From Flavobacteriaceae bacterium (GTDB lineage Bacteria > Bacteroidota > Bacteroidia > Flavobacteriales > Flavobacteriaceae): a stretch of DNA of 64,000 nucleotides. Where the stretch lies: the NCBI GenBank assembly GCA_965657165.1, contig CBFHNG010000002.1, forward strand, positions 6,161-70,160, in the 5' to 3' direction. Position numbers and translations under genes: made by a program. Below are positions 1 through 10,450 of this stretch, one piece after another. The number at the start of each line of letters is the position of its first letter. Positions within the stretch are counted from its first letter, which is position 1. Below the pieces are notes generated by a model. That model did not search any database and was not told the DNA's origin. It saw nothing but the letters and a program-made list of their open reading frames with translations.

Positions 1-674
1 AACTTGAAAAAGTTAAACGTACTGCCAAAACAGGTAATAAAGACGCCCAAAAAGAAGCGGAAGTTTTGGAACACATAAAAGCCCATCTCGAAGCAGGCCA
101 ATCCGTACGAAGTTTGGAGGTTTCAGAAGATGACTTTGTGGCCTATGTCAAACCATTACAGTTTATTACCGGCAAACCTGTAATGTATGTCTGTAATGTA
201 GACGAAAATTCTGCAGTAAGTGGCAATGCTTATGTAGAACAGGTAAAAACTGCTGTAGCCACCGAAAATGCTGAAGTTTTGGTTTTGGCTGTTGGAACAG
301 AAGCTGATATCAACGAATTGGACGATTTTGAGGAGCGACAGCTATTTTTGGAAGATATTGGCTTGGATGAACCAGGTTCTGCAAAACTGATTCGTTCGGC
401 TTACAAATTGCTTAATCTTCAAACCTATTTTACTGCTGGTCCAAAAGAAGTGCGTGCTTGGACTATAAAAATTGGTAGTCTAGCACCTCAAGCCGCTGGC
501 GTGATTCATACCGATTTTGAAAAAGGTTTTATCCGTGCCGAAGTCATTGCTTATGACGATTATGTAAACTATGGCAGTGAAGCCAAAGTCAAAGACGCCG
601 GAAAAATGCGTGTTGAAGGAAAAAACTACACCGTCAAAGATGGCGATGTTGTACATTTCTTATTCAATGTATAA
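1..674 (+). CDS. ychF: Redox-regulated ATPase YchF (Obg family), 5' end lies outside the window
   Basis: Frame is open from base 3 (LEKVKRTAKTG...). C-terminal motifs YFTAGPKEVRAWTI, APQAAGVIHTDFEKGFIRAEV, EGKNYTVKDGDV. Confidence 0.97.
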   Translation, partial: LEKVKRTAKTGNKDAQKEAEVLEHIKAHLEAGQSVRSLEVSEDDFVAYVKPLQFITGKPVMYVCNVDENSAVSGNAYVEQVKTAVATENAEVLVLAVGTEADINELDDFEERQLFLEDIGLDEPGSAKLIRSAYKLLNLQTYFTAGPKEVRAWTIKIGSLAPQAAGVIHTDFEKGFIRAEVIAYDDYVNYGSEAKVKDAGKMRVEGKNYTVKDGDVVHFLFNV

Positions 675-805
675 AACATTTAAGTCTTTTTTTTAGCTAA
701 AAATGTTCTCAACACTGGCTATTAATTTTTGTTAATTAATTTGTGTTTTAAAGGTTTCTTTTTTTCAGATGAAGTACTATATTAGCACCTCGTCAGAATA
801 ATACT

Positions 806-2668
806 ATGGCCCAAAATACAAATTACACAGAAGATAATATCAGATCCTTAGACTGGAAGGAGCATATCCGTATGCGCCCAGGAATGTACATAGGAAAGCT
901 CGGTGATGGTTCTTCTGCTGATGATGGTATCTATATTCTTCTTAAAGAAGTTTTAGACAATTCTATTGACGAATATGTCATGGGCGCCGGAAAATCTATT
1001 GATATTTCTATACAAGGCAATAAAGTTATTGTTCGTGATTATGGTCGTGGTATTCCGCTAGGAAAAGTGGTGGACGTTGTTTCAAAAATGAATACCGGAG
1101 GAAAATATGACTCTAGAGCCTTTAAAAAATCTGTAGGTCTCAATGGTGTTGGAACAAAAGCCGTTAATGCATTATCAACCTATTTCCGTGTAGAATCCAC
1201 TAGAGATGGAAAATCTGCATCAGCAGAATTTGAAACAGGTGTTCTTACAAACCAAGAGCTATTAGACGATACCACACGAAGAAAAGGAACCAAAGTTTCT
1301 TTTATTCCTGATTCAAGCATCTTTAAAAATTATAAATTTCGAAATGAGTATGTCGCTCGCATGCTTAAAAATTATGTTTATTTAAATCCAGGGCTTACGA
1401 TTACATTTAATGGTGAGAAGTTTTTTAGTGAACATGGACTTAAAGATTTACTAGAAGACAATTCAAAAGCAGAAGATCGGTTATATCCAACAATTCACCT
1501 TAAAGCTGATGATATTGAGTTGGCCCTTACACACAGTAAAACCCAATATAGCGAAGAATATCACTCTTTTGTAAATGGTCAAAATACCACACAAGGAGGG
1601 ACACATTTGGCGGCTTTTAGAGAGGCCTTTGTCAAAACCATTCGTGATTTTTTTGGTAAAAGTTATGACGCTTCTGATATTCGAAAGTCTATCATTTCTG
1701 CTATAGCAATTAAAGTGATGGAGCCTGTTTTTGAAAGTCAAACCAAAACAAAACTAGGGTCTACCGATATGGGTGGCGGATTACCAACGGTACGTACTTT
1801 TATTAATGATTTTGTTAAAACACATCTTGACAACTATTTACATAAAAATCCAGATACCGCCGAAGCGATTCAACGTAAAATATTGCAAGCGGAACGCGAA
1901 AGAAAAGAACTTTCTGGTATCCGAAAAATCGCAAAAGAACGCGCAAAAAAAGCAAGTTTACACAATAAAAAATTAAGAGATTGTCGTGTGCATTTTGGTG
2001 ATGCAAAGAACAATCGTAACCTCGAAACAACACTTTTTATTACAGAAGGAGATTCTGCATCGGGAAGTATTACAAAATCACGTGATGTAAACACTCAAGC
2101 CGTATTTAGTTTAAAAGGGAAGCCATTAAATTGCTACGGACTTACAAAGAAAATTGTATACGAAAATGAGGAATTTAATCTTTTACAAGCTGCACTAAAT
2201 ATTGAAGAATCCATTGAAGATTTGCGCTACAACAATATTGTAATTGCAACAGATGCAGACGTTGATGGAATGCATATTCGCTTGTTATTGATTACCTTTT
2301 TTCTACAATTCTTTCCAGAACTCATCAAAGAAGGGCATTTGTATATATTGCAAACACCATTATTTCGAGTTCGAAACAAAAAAGAAACAATTTATTGTTA
2401 TACGGAAGAAGAACGTATTAATGCGATTGAAAAATTAAAACCCAAACCTGAAATTACTCGATTTAAAGGGTTAGGTGAGATTTCGCCAAATGAATTTAAA
2501 CATTTCATAGGAGATGACATTCGTTTAGATCCTGTAATGTTGGATTCTGAAATGACAACAGAAGAATTATTGTCATTTTATATGGGAAAAAACACACCAG
2601 AGCGTCAAAAGTTTATAATTAATAACCTCAAAGTAGAATTAGATCTTATTGATTCAGAAAAGAAGTAG
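806..2668 (+). CDS. parE: DNA topoisomerase IV subunit B (Bacteroidota ParE type)
   Basis: GHKL ATPase ([28 protein letters not shown]) and TOPRIM motifs ([23 protein letters not shown]). 620 aa, adjacent to the subunit A gene. Confidence 0.9.
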   Translation: MAQNTNYTEDNIRSLDWKEHIRMRPGMYIGKLGDGSSADDGIYILLKEVLDNSIDEYVMGAGKSIDISIQGNKVIVRDYGRGIPLGKVVDVVSKMNTGGKYDSRAFKKSVGLNGVGTKAVNALSTYFRVESTRDGKSASAEFETGVLTNQELLDDTTRRKGTKVSFIPDSSIFKNYKFRNEYVARMLKNYVYLNPGLTITFNGEKFFSEHGLKDLLEDNSKAEDRLYPTIHLKADDIELALTHSKTQYSEEYHSFVNGQNTTQGGTHLAAFREAFVKTIRDFFGKSYDASDIRKSIISAIAIKVMEPVFESQTKTKLGSTDMGGGLPTVRTFINDFVKTHLDNYLHKNPDTAEAIQRKILQAERERKELSGIRKIAKERAKKASLHNKKLRDCRVHFGDAKNNRNLETTLFITEGDSASGSITKSRDVNTQAVFSLKGKPLNCYGLTKKIVYENEEFNLLQAALNIEESIEDLRYNNIVIATDADVDGMHIRLLLITFFLQFFPELIKEGHLYILQTPLFRVRNKKETIYCYTEEERINAIEKLKPKPEITRFKGLGEISPNEFKHFIGDDIRLDPVMLDSEMTTEELLSFYMGKNTPERQKFIINNLKVELDLIDSEKK

Positions 2669-2671
2669 TTT

Positions 2672-5365
2672 ATGATTGAAGAGCAAGACGATTTATATTC
2701 AGAATCTATAGATAGCCAAGAAACCATCACAAGAGTGACTGGTATGTACAAAGATTGGTTTCTGGACTATGCCTCTTATGTAATTTTGGAACGTGCGGTA
2801 CCTGCCATTGAAGATGGTTTTAAGCCTGTTCAGCGCCGTATTCTACACTCCATGAAAGACTTGGACGATGGGCGCTATAATAAAGTAGCAAACATTGTTG
2901 GACATACCATGCAATACCATCCTCATGGAGATGCAAGTATTGCAGATGCTATGGTTCAAATTGGTCAGAAGGATTTATTGATAGATACTCAAGGAAATTG
3001 GGGAAATGTCCTTACTGGAGACCGTGCTGCAGCGTCTAGATACATTGAAGCCCGTTTGTCTAAATTTGCATTGGACGTAGTTTTTAATCCCAAAACAACA
3101 GAATGGCAAGCCTCATATGATGGACGAAGAAAAGAACCTGTAAATCTTCCTGTAAAATTCCCATTACTACTAGCACAAGGTGCAGAGGGGATTGCAGTTG
3201 GATTGTCAACAAAAGTTTTACCACATAATTTTATAGAACTCATCGAGGCTTCAATTAAGCACCTTCAAGGCAAACGATTTTCCATAGTTCCTGATTTCGC
3301 TACTGGCGGTATTGCAGATTTTACCAATTATAATGATGGTCTTAGAGGGGGTAAAGTGCGTTGTCGAGCGCGTATATCACAATTGAATAAAAACACGCTT
3401 GTTATCACAGAGGTTCCTTTTGGAACAACTACCTCATCTTTGATTGACTCTATACTAAAAGCCAATGACAAAGGAAAAATAAAAATTAAAAAAATTGAGG
3501 ACAATACAGCAGCAGATGTTGAAATTTTAGTACACTTGCCTTCTGGAATTTCTCCTGATAAAACCATTGATGCGCTTTTTGCTTTTACAAGTTGTGAAAC
3601 CTCAATTTCACCTTTGGGTTGTGTCATTGAAGACAATAAACCTTTGTTTGTAGGCGTATCAGAAATGCTAAGACGCTCAACAGATCACACGGTTGAATTA
3701 TTAAAACTAGAACTCGAAATTAAACTTAGAGAGTTAGAAGAACAGTGGCATTTTGCATCATTGGAACGTATTTTTATTGAAAATCGAATTTATCGTGATA
3801 TTGAAGAAGAAGAAACTTGGGATGGGGTTATTTCTGCAATAGACCGAGGGCTTAAACCACATATTAGTCATCTTAAACGTGCAATAACAACCGATGATAT
3901 TACACGATTGACTGAAATTCGAATCAAAAGAATTTCAAAATTTGATATTGATAAAGCCCAACAAAAAATCGAAGCATTAGAAGCTCAAATTGAAGAAACT
4001 AAAGCTCATTTAGCAACAATTATAGACTATACTATTGCATATTTCAAGCGTTTAAAAACTGAATATGGTGAAGGTAAAAAACGTAAAACAGAAATAAAAG
4101 TCTTTGATGACGTGGATGCTAAAAAAGTAGTGATTAGAAATACAAAACTCTATGTTAACAGAGAAGAAGGTTTTGTTGGAACGGGCCTTAAGCGAGACGA
4201 GTATGTTTGCGATTGTAGCGATATTGATGACATCATTGTATTTACCAAAAATGGTAAAATGATGGTAACCAAAGTAGGTGCAAAAACATTTGTGGGTAAA
4301 AATATTATTCATGTTGCAGTTTTCAAGAAAAAAGATACCAGAACCATTTACAACATGATTTATCGCAATGGAAAAGGTGGCCCTTCTTATATTAAACGGT
4401 TTGCTGTAACTTCAATCACAAGAGATAGAGAATATGACTTAGCAAAAGACAAAGCCGGAACAACGGTTTGGTATTTCTCTGCAAATCCAAATGGTGAAGC
4501 AGAAGTAGTTACTGTTTTGCTTCGTCAAGTCGGGAGTATCAAAAAGTTAAAATGGGATATCAACTTCGCAGATATTCTAATTAAGGGGCGAACATCTAAA
4601 GGAAATTTAGTGACTAAATATGCTATTAAGCGTATTGAATTAAAAGAAAAAGGTGTAAGTACTCTAAAACCAAGAAAAATATGGTTCGATGAAACGGTTC
4701 AACGCTTAAATTTAGATGAGCGTGGCGAACTTGTAGGAGAATTTAGAGGAGAAGATCGTATTTTAGTCATCACACAATCAGGGATTGTAAAAACTATTGT
4801 TCCCGATATCACCACACATTTTAGTGATGATATGATTGTATTGGAAAAATGGGTGCCAAATAAGCCTATTTCTGCCATTTATTTTGATGGCGCAAAAGAA
4901 AAGTACTATGTCAAACGTTTTCTTATTGAAAACGAAAACAAAGAAGAAGTTTTTATTTCTTCTCACGCATCCAGCACGCTAGAAATCGTTAGTACCGATT
5001 GGCGACCTGTAGTTGAAATCACATTTGCTAAGGACAGAGGGAAAGAGCGCAGACCAAATCAAATGATTGATATTGAGCAGTTTATAGACGTTAAAGGGAT
5101 TTCTGCACAAGGGAATCAGTTATCAAGACTGAAAGTAAATCAAATCGATTTATCTGAACCTTTGCCATATGAAGCCCCAAAAGAAGTTCATGCAGATGAG
5201 CTCGAGGTTATAGACGAAGAAGTTGTGGCTACAAATACATCTAAGGATGTGTCAGACGGAATTTCCACGGCAACAAATATTGTAGATTCTTCTGAAACAC
5301 CAACCCCAACAGAAAATAAAGAAGACGCTACAGAAGATTCAGAGGGTCAGATCACCTTATTTTAA
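2672..5365 (+). CDS. parC: DNA topoisomerase IV subunit A
   Basis: DGFKPVQRR, YHPHGD, AAASRYIEARLS (catalytic Tyr). No GyrA box seen. Acidic C-terminal tail. Confidence 0.88.
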   Translation: MIEEQDDLYSESIDSQETITRVTGMYKDWFLDYASYVILERAVPAIEDGFKPVQRRILHSMKDLDDGRYNKVANIVGHTMQYHPHGDASIADAMVQIGQKDLLIDTQGNWGNVLTGDRAAASRYIEARLSKFALDVVFNPKTTEWQASYDGRRKEPVNLPVKFPLLLAQGAEGIAVGLSTKVLPHNFIELIEASIKHLQGKRFSIVPDFATGGIADFTNYNDGLRGGKVRCRARISQLNKNTLVITEVPFGTTTSSLIDSILKANDKGKIKIKKIEDNTAADVEILVHLPSGISPDKTIDALFAFTSCETSISPLGCVIEDNKPLFVGVSEMLRRSTDHTVELLKLELEIKLRELEEQWHFASLERIFIENRIYRDIEEEETWDGVISAIDRGLKPHISHLKRAITTDDITRLTEIRIKRISKFDIDKAQQKIEALEAQIEETKAHLATIIDYTIAYFKRLKTEYGEGKKRKTEIKVFDDVDAKKVVIRNTKLYVNREEGFVGTGLKRDEYVCDCSDIDDIIVFTKNGKMMVTKVGAKTFVGKNIIHVAVFKKKDTRTIYNMIYRNGKGGPSYIKRFAVTSITRDREYDLAKDKAGTTVWYFSANPNGEAEVVTVLLRQVGSIKKLKWDINFADILIKGRTSKGNLVTKYAIKRIELKEKGVSTLKPRKIWFDETVQRLNLDERGELVGEFRGEDRILVITQSGIVKTIVPDITTHFSDDMIVLEKWVPNKPISAIYFDGAKEKYYVKRFLIENENKEEVFISSHASSTLEIVSTDWRPVVEITFAKDRGKERRPNQMIDIEQFIDVKGISAQGNQLSRLKVNQIDLSEPLPYEAPKEVHADELEVIDEEVVATNTSKDVSDGISTATNIVDSSETPTPTENKEDATEDSEGQITLF

Positions 5366-5730
5366 TTGATACGCTTGGCTTCGCCCTTTTGCTTGATCGG
5401 GCTACCTACGTATCCATATTCAAATGTATATGTATTGTTCGTGGTTGTAAGGATTTTTAGGTGAACATCCTTTTGTTCTGCTCGGTTTTTTGGATTAATG
5501 GTCTTAAAAATCATTTCACAATCATTAATCCAACGTACAGACGCACTATCTATTTTCGCATTAAAACGTTCAATCTGTAAGGCTTCGGTACGCGTAAATT
5601 CTGAAGTGTAACTTGTTCCGTCTATACTAATCGTACTCTCAAATGTACCTGTTTTATAGTCTTGACAATTGCGCTCTATTTGATAACAAGACGTTGTGCA
5701 AATAAAAATTAAAAAATAAAAGTATTTCAT
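5362..5730 (-). CDS. Conserved hypothetical lipoprotein
   Basis: Start moved to ATG 5730 (MKYFYFLIFICTTSC, lipobox-like). Tandem TATTTTTG promoter boxes at 5735-5750 lie just upstream. Confidence 0.7.
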   Translation of the reverse strand: MKYFYFLIFICTTSCYQIERNCQDYKTGTFESTISIDGTSYTSEFTRTEALQIERFNAKIDSASVRWINDCEMIFKTINPKNRAEQKDVHLKILTTTNNTYTFEYGYVGSPIKQKGEAKRIN

Positions 5731-5755
5731 AGCACAAAAATACAAAAATACAGGG

Positions 5756-6145
5756 TTATTCAGATATTTTAGGGCGGTATCCCTCAAAAGTCCCATCGTT
5801 ATAAAAAATTACAATACGCTCGATGTTTTTCGCTTGGGTTTTGGAATTGTCATGCTTTGACTGTAAAACTTCTGTTTGAGTTTTTGTGTCTTGTATTGAA
5901 GTAGAGGAGGAGGAGGGGGTTTTTATCATTTCACCAGTTCCGTTTAGTAGCCAATACAAACTGATGTCTGGAAAAGATGTATTTAGCTTTAATATAAAAT
6001 CTAAACTAGGCTTATTTCGTCCACTCAAAATGTGTGAAATACTTGATCTTTGTACTTGAATTAATTCTGCAAAAGCAGACGCAGACAGACTGTAATAATC
6101 CATTATTTTGTTCAGTTGCTCGCCAAATTTATTTGTATTTACCAT
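5756..6145 (-). CDS. XRE-family helix-turn-helix transcriptional regulator
   Basis: LSASAFAELIQVQRSSISHILSGRNKPSLDF HTH_3 pattern, WLLNGTGEM, Ser/Thr linker and a C-terminal IERIVIFYNDGTF motif. Confidence 0.9.
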   Translation of the reverse strand: MVNTNKFGEQLNKIMDYYSLSASAFAELIQVQRSSISHILSGRNKPSLDFILKLNTSFPDISLYWLLNGTGEMIKTPSSSSTSIQDTKTQTEVLQSKHDNSKTQAKNIERIVIFYNDGTFEGYRPKISE

Positions 6146-6148
6146 AGG

Positions 6149-6398
6149 TTACAAATGTATATAAAATAATTATTTATAAATGTAAAACAATATAAAACAA
6201 TGACACATCATCATTCAAATAATTAAATTTAAACTTTAGTTTTATATATTCAATATACTGATTTACAGTATTTTAAATAATTATATATATTTTAATTAAA
6301 AAGTAATATTTTAAAAACTAAAAAATGTATACAATTGTAAACAGATAGGAATTTATGATAATTTACAGATGTAAAAAACTTATTGTTTACTTTTGTAG
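6149..6398. promoter_or_regulatory. Divergent promoter region with five TTACA-N2-TGTAA-like palindromes (candidate XRE operators)
   Basis: Copies at 6149-6160, 6174-6185, 6329-6340, 6363-6374 and 6387-6398. The first and last overlap TAnnTTTG -7 boxes (6152-6159 on -, 6388-6395 on +). Confidence 0.6.
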
Positions 6399-6414
6399 CT
6401 TATAAAAATCTCCT

Positions 6415-7581
6415 ATGGAATCGATAAACGATTTTGTATCAAATTATGACCAGAACAAAGCGAAAGCTTTGTTGGGTAGATATATCAAAAATGATACTAT
6501 TTTGCCATTATTAAAAGCATTGCCAAATGCGTATAAATTTGAAATCATTGGTCACTCTGAGCAAAATCGACCTATATATAGCATTAAAATTGGTACAGGA
6601 AAAACAAAAATATTGATATGGTCTCAAATGCATGGGAACGAATCGACCTGTACTAAAGCGCTTTTTGATGTATTTAATGTTTTAACTACAGCTCCATTTG
6701 ATACTGTTTTACAAGAATGTTCATTATTTATCATACCCCTTTTAAATCCCGATGGCGCTGTGGCATACACCCGCCTAAATGCAAATCAAGTTGATATCAA
6801 TAGAGATGCCGTAGATTTATCACAAGCCGAGAGCAAGGTTTTACGCAAGGTTTTTGATGCTTATAAGCCTGATTACGGCTTTAATATGCACGACCAACGT
6901 ACGCTTTTTAATGTTGGTCAAAGTGACAAACCTGCTACTGTGAGTTTTTTATCTCCTGCTCAAGACCAGGCATTGACTTTAACGCCTAACCGCTTGCGCG
7001 CCATGTCTGTTATTCATCAAATGAATACATTGTTACAAAAATACATTCCAGGACAAGTAGGGCGTTTTGATGATGCTTTCAATATCAATTGTGTTGGGGA
7101 CTATTTTCAAAATCAAGGTACTTCCACAATTTTATTTGAAGCAGGTCATTATCAAAATGACTATAACAGAGAAAAATCTAGAAAATTTATAGCATTTGCT
7201 CTATTGCAAGCCTTATTGTGTATAAGCACAAATTTAGTAAATGAAAATGGCCATAAGAATTACCTTCAAATACCTGAAAACAACACTTTGTATTTCGATA
7301 TCCTTATTAAAAATGCGCTAATTACAAAAGACAACAAAGAATGTGTTAATGATATAGGGATTAGTTATGAGGAGATTTTAAAAAATGGTGAGATTTTATT
7401 TGTACCCAAAATTAGATCTATTGGAGATTTATCAACTTATTTTGGTCATAAAATCATCAATGCTGACAAGAAAATAGTAAAAGAAGTTAGTGGTTCTGGA
7501 ATAGAGATTAGTGCTGAACTTTGCACTATTATTATCGGAAATACTGAATTTTCACTTTTTCTTAATAATAATTTAGCTTAA
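6415..7581 (+). CDS. M14-family zinc carboxypeptidase
   Basis: SQMHGNES (HxxE), LNPDG, RLNANQVDINRD, FNMHDQ, LFEAG. Confidence 0.9.
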   Translation: MESINDFVSNYDQNKAKALLGRYIKNDTILPLLKALPNAYKFEIIGHSEQNRPIYSIKIGTGKTKILIWSQMHGNESTCTKALFDVFNVLTTAPFDTVLQECSLFIIPLLNPDGAVAYTRLNANQVDINRDAVDLSQAESKVLRKVFDAYKPDYGFNMHDQRTLFNVGQSDKPATVSFLSPAQDQALTLTPNRLRAMSVIHQMNTLLQKYIPGQVGRFDDAFNINCVGDYFQNQGTSTILFEAGHYQNDYNREKSRKFIAFALLQALLCISTNLVNENGHKNYLQIPENNTLYFDILIKNALITKDNKECVNDIGISYEEILKNGEILFVPKIRSIGDLSTYFGHKIINADKKIVKEVSGSGIEISAELCTIIIGNTEFSLFLNNNLA

Positions 7582-7646
7582 TTACTATTTTGTTGATTAT
7601 AATTTATTAAATTTGAACTTTTAATCAAAATACTTCACAAAAAATT

Positions 7647-8129
7647 ATGGCTAAGTTCAAATTAGACGAAATCGATCACCAAATTCTTAACATGCTCATC
7701 GACAATACACGTATTCCATTTACAGATATTGCAAAAAAACTATTGATCTCTGCCGGAACAGTACATGTTAGAGTTAAGAAAATGGAAGATGCAAAAATCA
7801 TCAAAGGTTCGTCTTTGACTTTGGATTACCAAAAATTAGGGTATACCTTTATTGCTTATGTTGGAATTTTCCTTCAAAATACTTCACAAACTAAATTTGT
7901 ACTTGAGCGCATTAAAGAAATTCCTCATGTAACAGTGGCACACATCACAACAGGGAAGTTTAATATTTTCTGTAAAATTCGTGCAAAAAGTACTACTCAT
8001 GCTAAAGAAATTATTTTTAAGGTCGATGATATAGATGGTATCTACAGAACAGAAACCATGATTTCTCTTGAAGAAAGCATCAATGACAAAAAGCGTTTGA
8101 TGCATTCTATTTTCAACGAGCTTCAGTAG
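7647..8129 (+). CDS. Lrp/AsnC family transcriptional regulator
   Basis: LDEIDHQIL...IAKKLLISAGTVHVRVKKME HTH and a C-terminal RAM domain (HITTGKFNIF). TAAATTTG box at 7608-7615. Confidence 0.93.
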   Translation: MAKFKLDEIDHQILNMLIDNTRIPFTDIAKKLLISAGTVHVRVKKMEDAKIIKGSSLTLDYQKLGYTFIAYVGIFLQNTSQTKFVLERIKEIPHVTVAHITTGKFNIFCKIRAKSTTHAKEIIFKVDDIDGIYRTETMISLEESINDKKRLMHSIFNELQ

Positions 8130-8130
8130 G

Positions 8131-9198
8131 TTATTTAGAATAAAAGTCAAACGCTTCATAAATTAGAGCGTTTTGGACTTCTACATCAATTTGACATTGC
8201 CCAATAGATTCAAGTAATACAAATTTTACTTGTCCATGACTATTTTTCTTATCGGATTGCATCAAATCAATGATTTGTTTTTTGCTATTATCATCAAAAG
8301 TAACATTTGGATAAGTTGTTTTAAAAGTTTCTTTAATTTCTTTTAAATCAGTATTTTTAAGTCCACAGATTTTTGAAGAAAGGTAACCTTCAAGAATCAT
8401 TCCTATTGCAATAGCTTCACCATGTAAAAGGGTTTTTATGTCGTCATTATCAAGACAATAAGATTCAATGGCATGCCCTAGGGTATGGCCGAAATTTAAG
8501 ATTTTTCGAAGTCCCATTTCGTTAGGGTCTTTACTAACAACCTTATTTTTTATGGCAACAGAATGATGAATCAATTCATCTAAATCACTCAAAGTGAGTT
8601 GTTTTAATCGTCTAAGTTGTTCCCAATATTTTTTATCCTGAATTAAACCATGCTTTAGCATTTCTGCAAATCCAGAGCGCAACTCGTTGTTAGGTAGAGT
8701 ATCTAAAAAATGGGGATCAATAAGTACCATATCCGCAAAAGTGATGGTACCGATTTGATTTTTTGAAAGATCTAAATCTACACCGGTTTTTCCACCAACA
8801 GATGCATCGACCATAGCTAACAAAGAAGTGGGAACATTGATAAACTTAATACCTCGCTTAAATGTTGAAGCTACAAATCCCCCTAAATCTGTTACAACAC
8901 CGCCACCGAGGTTAATTAGTAATGATTTTCGGTCGGCAGAAAGCTCCGATAATGTACGCCAAACACCCAAACATGTCTCGATGGTTTTGTGTATTTCTCC
9001 ACTTTCAATTTCAATAATTTCAATGGCTCCATCGAATTGGATTTGACTTAAAAAATGAGGCAAGCAATGTTCGTGAGTATTTTCGTCGACTAAAAGAAAT
9101 ATTTTTGAAAACTTTTCTTTTTTTAAACAGTCGTCTAAAGTCTTGTAAGCCAGATCTTTAAAATGGATTTCGTAGGATGTTGTTTGAATTGATTTCAT
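8131..9198 (-). CDS. aroB: 3-dehydroquinate synthase
   Basis: LGGGVVTDLGGF, PTSLLAMVDASVGGKTG, LNFGHTLGHAIE, LHGEAIAIG. ATG 9198 lies downstream of a TATATTTG box (9208-9215). Confidence 0.97.
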   Translation of the reverse strand: MKSIQTTSYEIHFKDLAYKTLDDCLKKEKFSKIFLLVDENTHEHCLPHFLSQIQFDGAIEIIEIESGEIHKTIETCLGVWRTLSELSADRKSLLINLGGGVVTDLGGFVASTFKRGIKFINVPTSLLAMVDASVGGKTGVDLDLSKNQIGTITFADMVLIDPHFLDTLPNNELRSGFAEMLKHGLIQDKKYWEQLRRLKQLTLSDLDELIHHSVAIKNKVVSKDPNEMGLRKILNFGHTLGHAIESYCLDNDDIKTLLHGEAIAIGMILEGYLSSKICGLKNTDLKEIKETFKTTYPNVTFDDNSKKQIIDLMQSDKKNSHGQVKFVLLESIGQCQIDVEVQNALIYEAFDFYSK

Positions 9199-9274
9199 TT
9201 TGAGTGTCAAATATAGTATGAAATTTATAAAGAATTAATAATTTTGATTCAACAAATCAATCATTTTATAAAGA

Positions 9275-10450
9275 ATGTCAAACTCCAAGGTAGATTTTAG
9301 CAATACAAAAATTGCCTTTCATCTAAAAACAGATGCCGAACTCGAACGCGCATACTTTCTCTTTAAGATGATTTCAAATGAACCTTTGGTACGTATTGGC
9401 ACAGCGGCCACTAATTTTGCACTCAAGACACGTTTACCTGTTGAGGGACTCATACGAGCTACTGTTTTTGATCATTTTTGTGGCGGTGTAAATGCTGATG
9501 ATTGTATATCAAAAATAGACCAAATGTACAATAGTGGTGTCTATAGTGTTTTGGATTACTCGGTAGAAGGTAAGCAAGAGGAAGAGCAGTTTGAGCGCAT
9601 TTTAAATCAAATGTGCACCCTTGTAGATTTTGCAGATGAAAAAGAAGCAATGCCATTTGCAGTGTTTAAGCCTACGGCAGTAGGACGATTTGAAATTTAT
9701 AAAAAAATAAGTAGCGCAATTGACTTAACATCTGAAGAACAAAAAGAATGGGAGCGAATTCAAGAGCGATTTCATAAAATTTGCAGCTATGGCAAAGAAA
9801 AAAATATAGCCATATTGGTTGATGCTGAAGAAAGTTGGATGCAAACTGCAGCGGATGATTTGTTATTGGAATTGATGCGCACATACAATAAAAACAAGGT
9901 GATTGTTTACAACACGCTTCAAGCGTATCGTTGGGATCGATTGGACTATTTGAAACACATACACTCAAAAGCCAAAAATGAAGGTTTTAAACTGGGTTTT
10001 AAGCTTGTACGTGGTGCGTATATGGAAAAGGAAAGAGAACGCGCTCAAAGAAAAAATTATACTTCTCCAATATGTGTAAGTAAATCAGCAACTGATTTGC
10101 AATTTAATGATTGTCTAAAATATATGTTAAGTAATATTGAAACTATCTCTATATTTTTTGGGACTCATAATGAACAAAGCACACAATTAGCACTAGATCT
10201 TATGAGTGATTGCGAACTAGAAGCTAACGACAATCGCGTTTGGTTTGGACAATTATTTGGAATGAGTGATCATATTAGTTTTAATTTAGCCAACAATGGA
10301 TACAATGTGGCCAAATATTTGCCTTTTGGCCCTGTTAGAGACGTTATGCCATATCTGATAAGAAGAGCAGAAGAAAACACTTCTGTAGCAGGACAAACCA
10401 ACAGAGAATTATCACTCATTCGTAAAGAGAAAAAAAGAAGAAAATTATAA
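9275..10450 (+). CDS. Monofunctional proline dehydrogenase
   Basis: VDAEES, KLVRGAYME, GTHN, QLFGM, KYLPFGP, YLIRRAEEN. No P5C dehydrogenase domain. Confidence 0.93.
   Translation: MSNSKVDFSNTKIAFHLKTDAELERAYFLFKMISNEPLVRIGTAATNFALKTRLPVEGLIRATVFDHFCGGVNADDCISKIDQMYNSGVYSVLDYSVEGKQEEEQFERILNQMCTLVDFADEKEAMPFAVFKPTAVGRFEIYKKISSAIDLTSEEQKEWERIQERFHKICSYGKEKNIAILVDAEESWMQTAADDLLLELMRTYNKNKVIVYNTLQAYRWDRLDYLKHIHSKAKNEGFKLGFKLVRGAYMEKERERAQRKNYTSPICVSKSATDLQFNDCLKYMLSNIETISIFFGTHNEQSTQLALDLMSDCELEANDNRVWFGQLFGMSDHISFNLANNGYNVAKYLPFGPVRDVMPYLIRRAEENTSVAGQTNRELSLIRKEKKRRKL

Noticed and set aside
806-5365. gyrB-gyrA
   Set aside because: The A subunit has the divergent Bacteroidota ParC pattern (FLDYASYVILERA) and no GyrA box was seen.
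6146-6414. AT-rich gap as oriC or a prophage immunity region
   Set aside because: There is no cluster of DnaA boxes, and the flanking genes are not phage-like. It is better explained as a divergent promoter.
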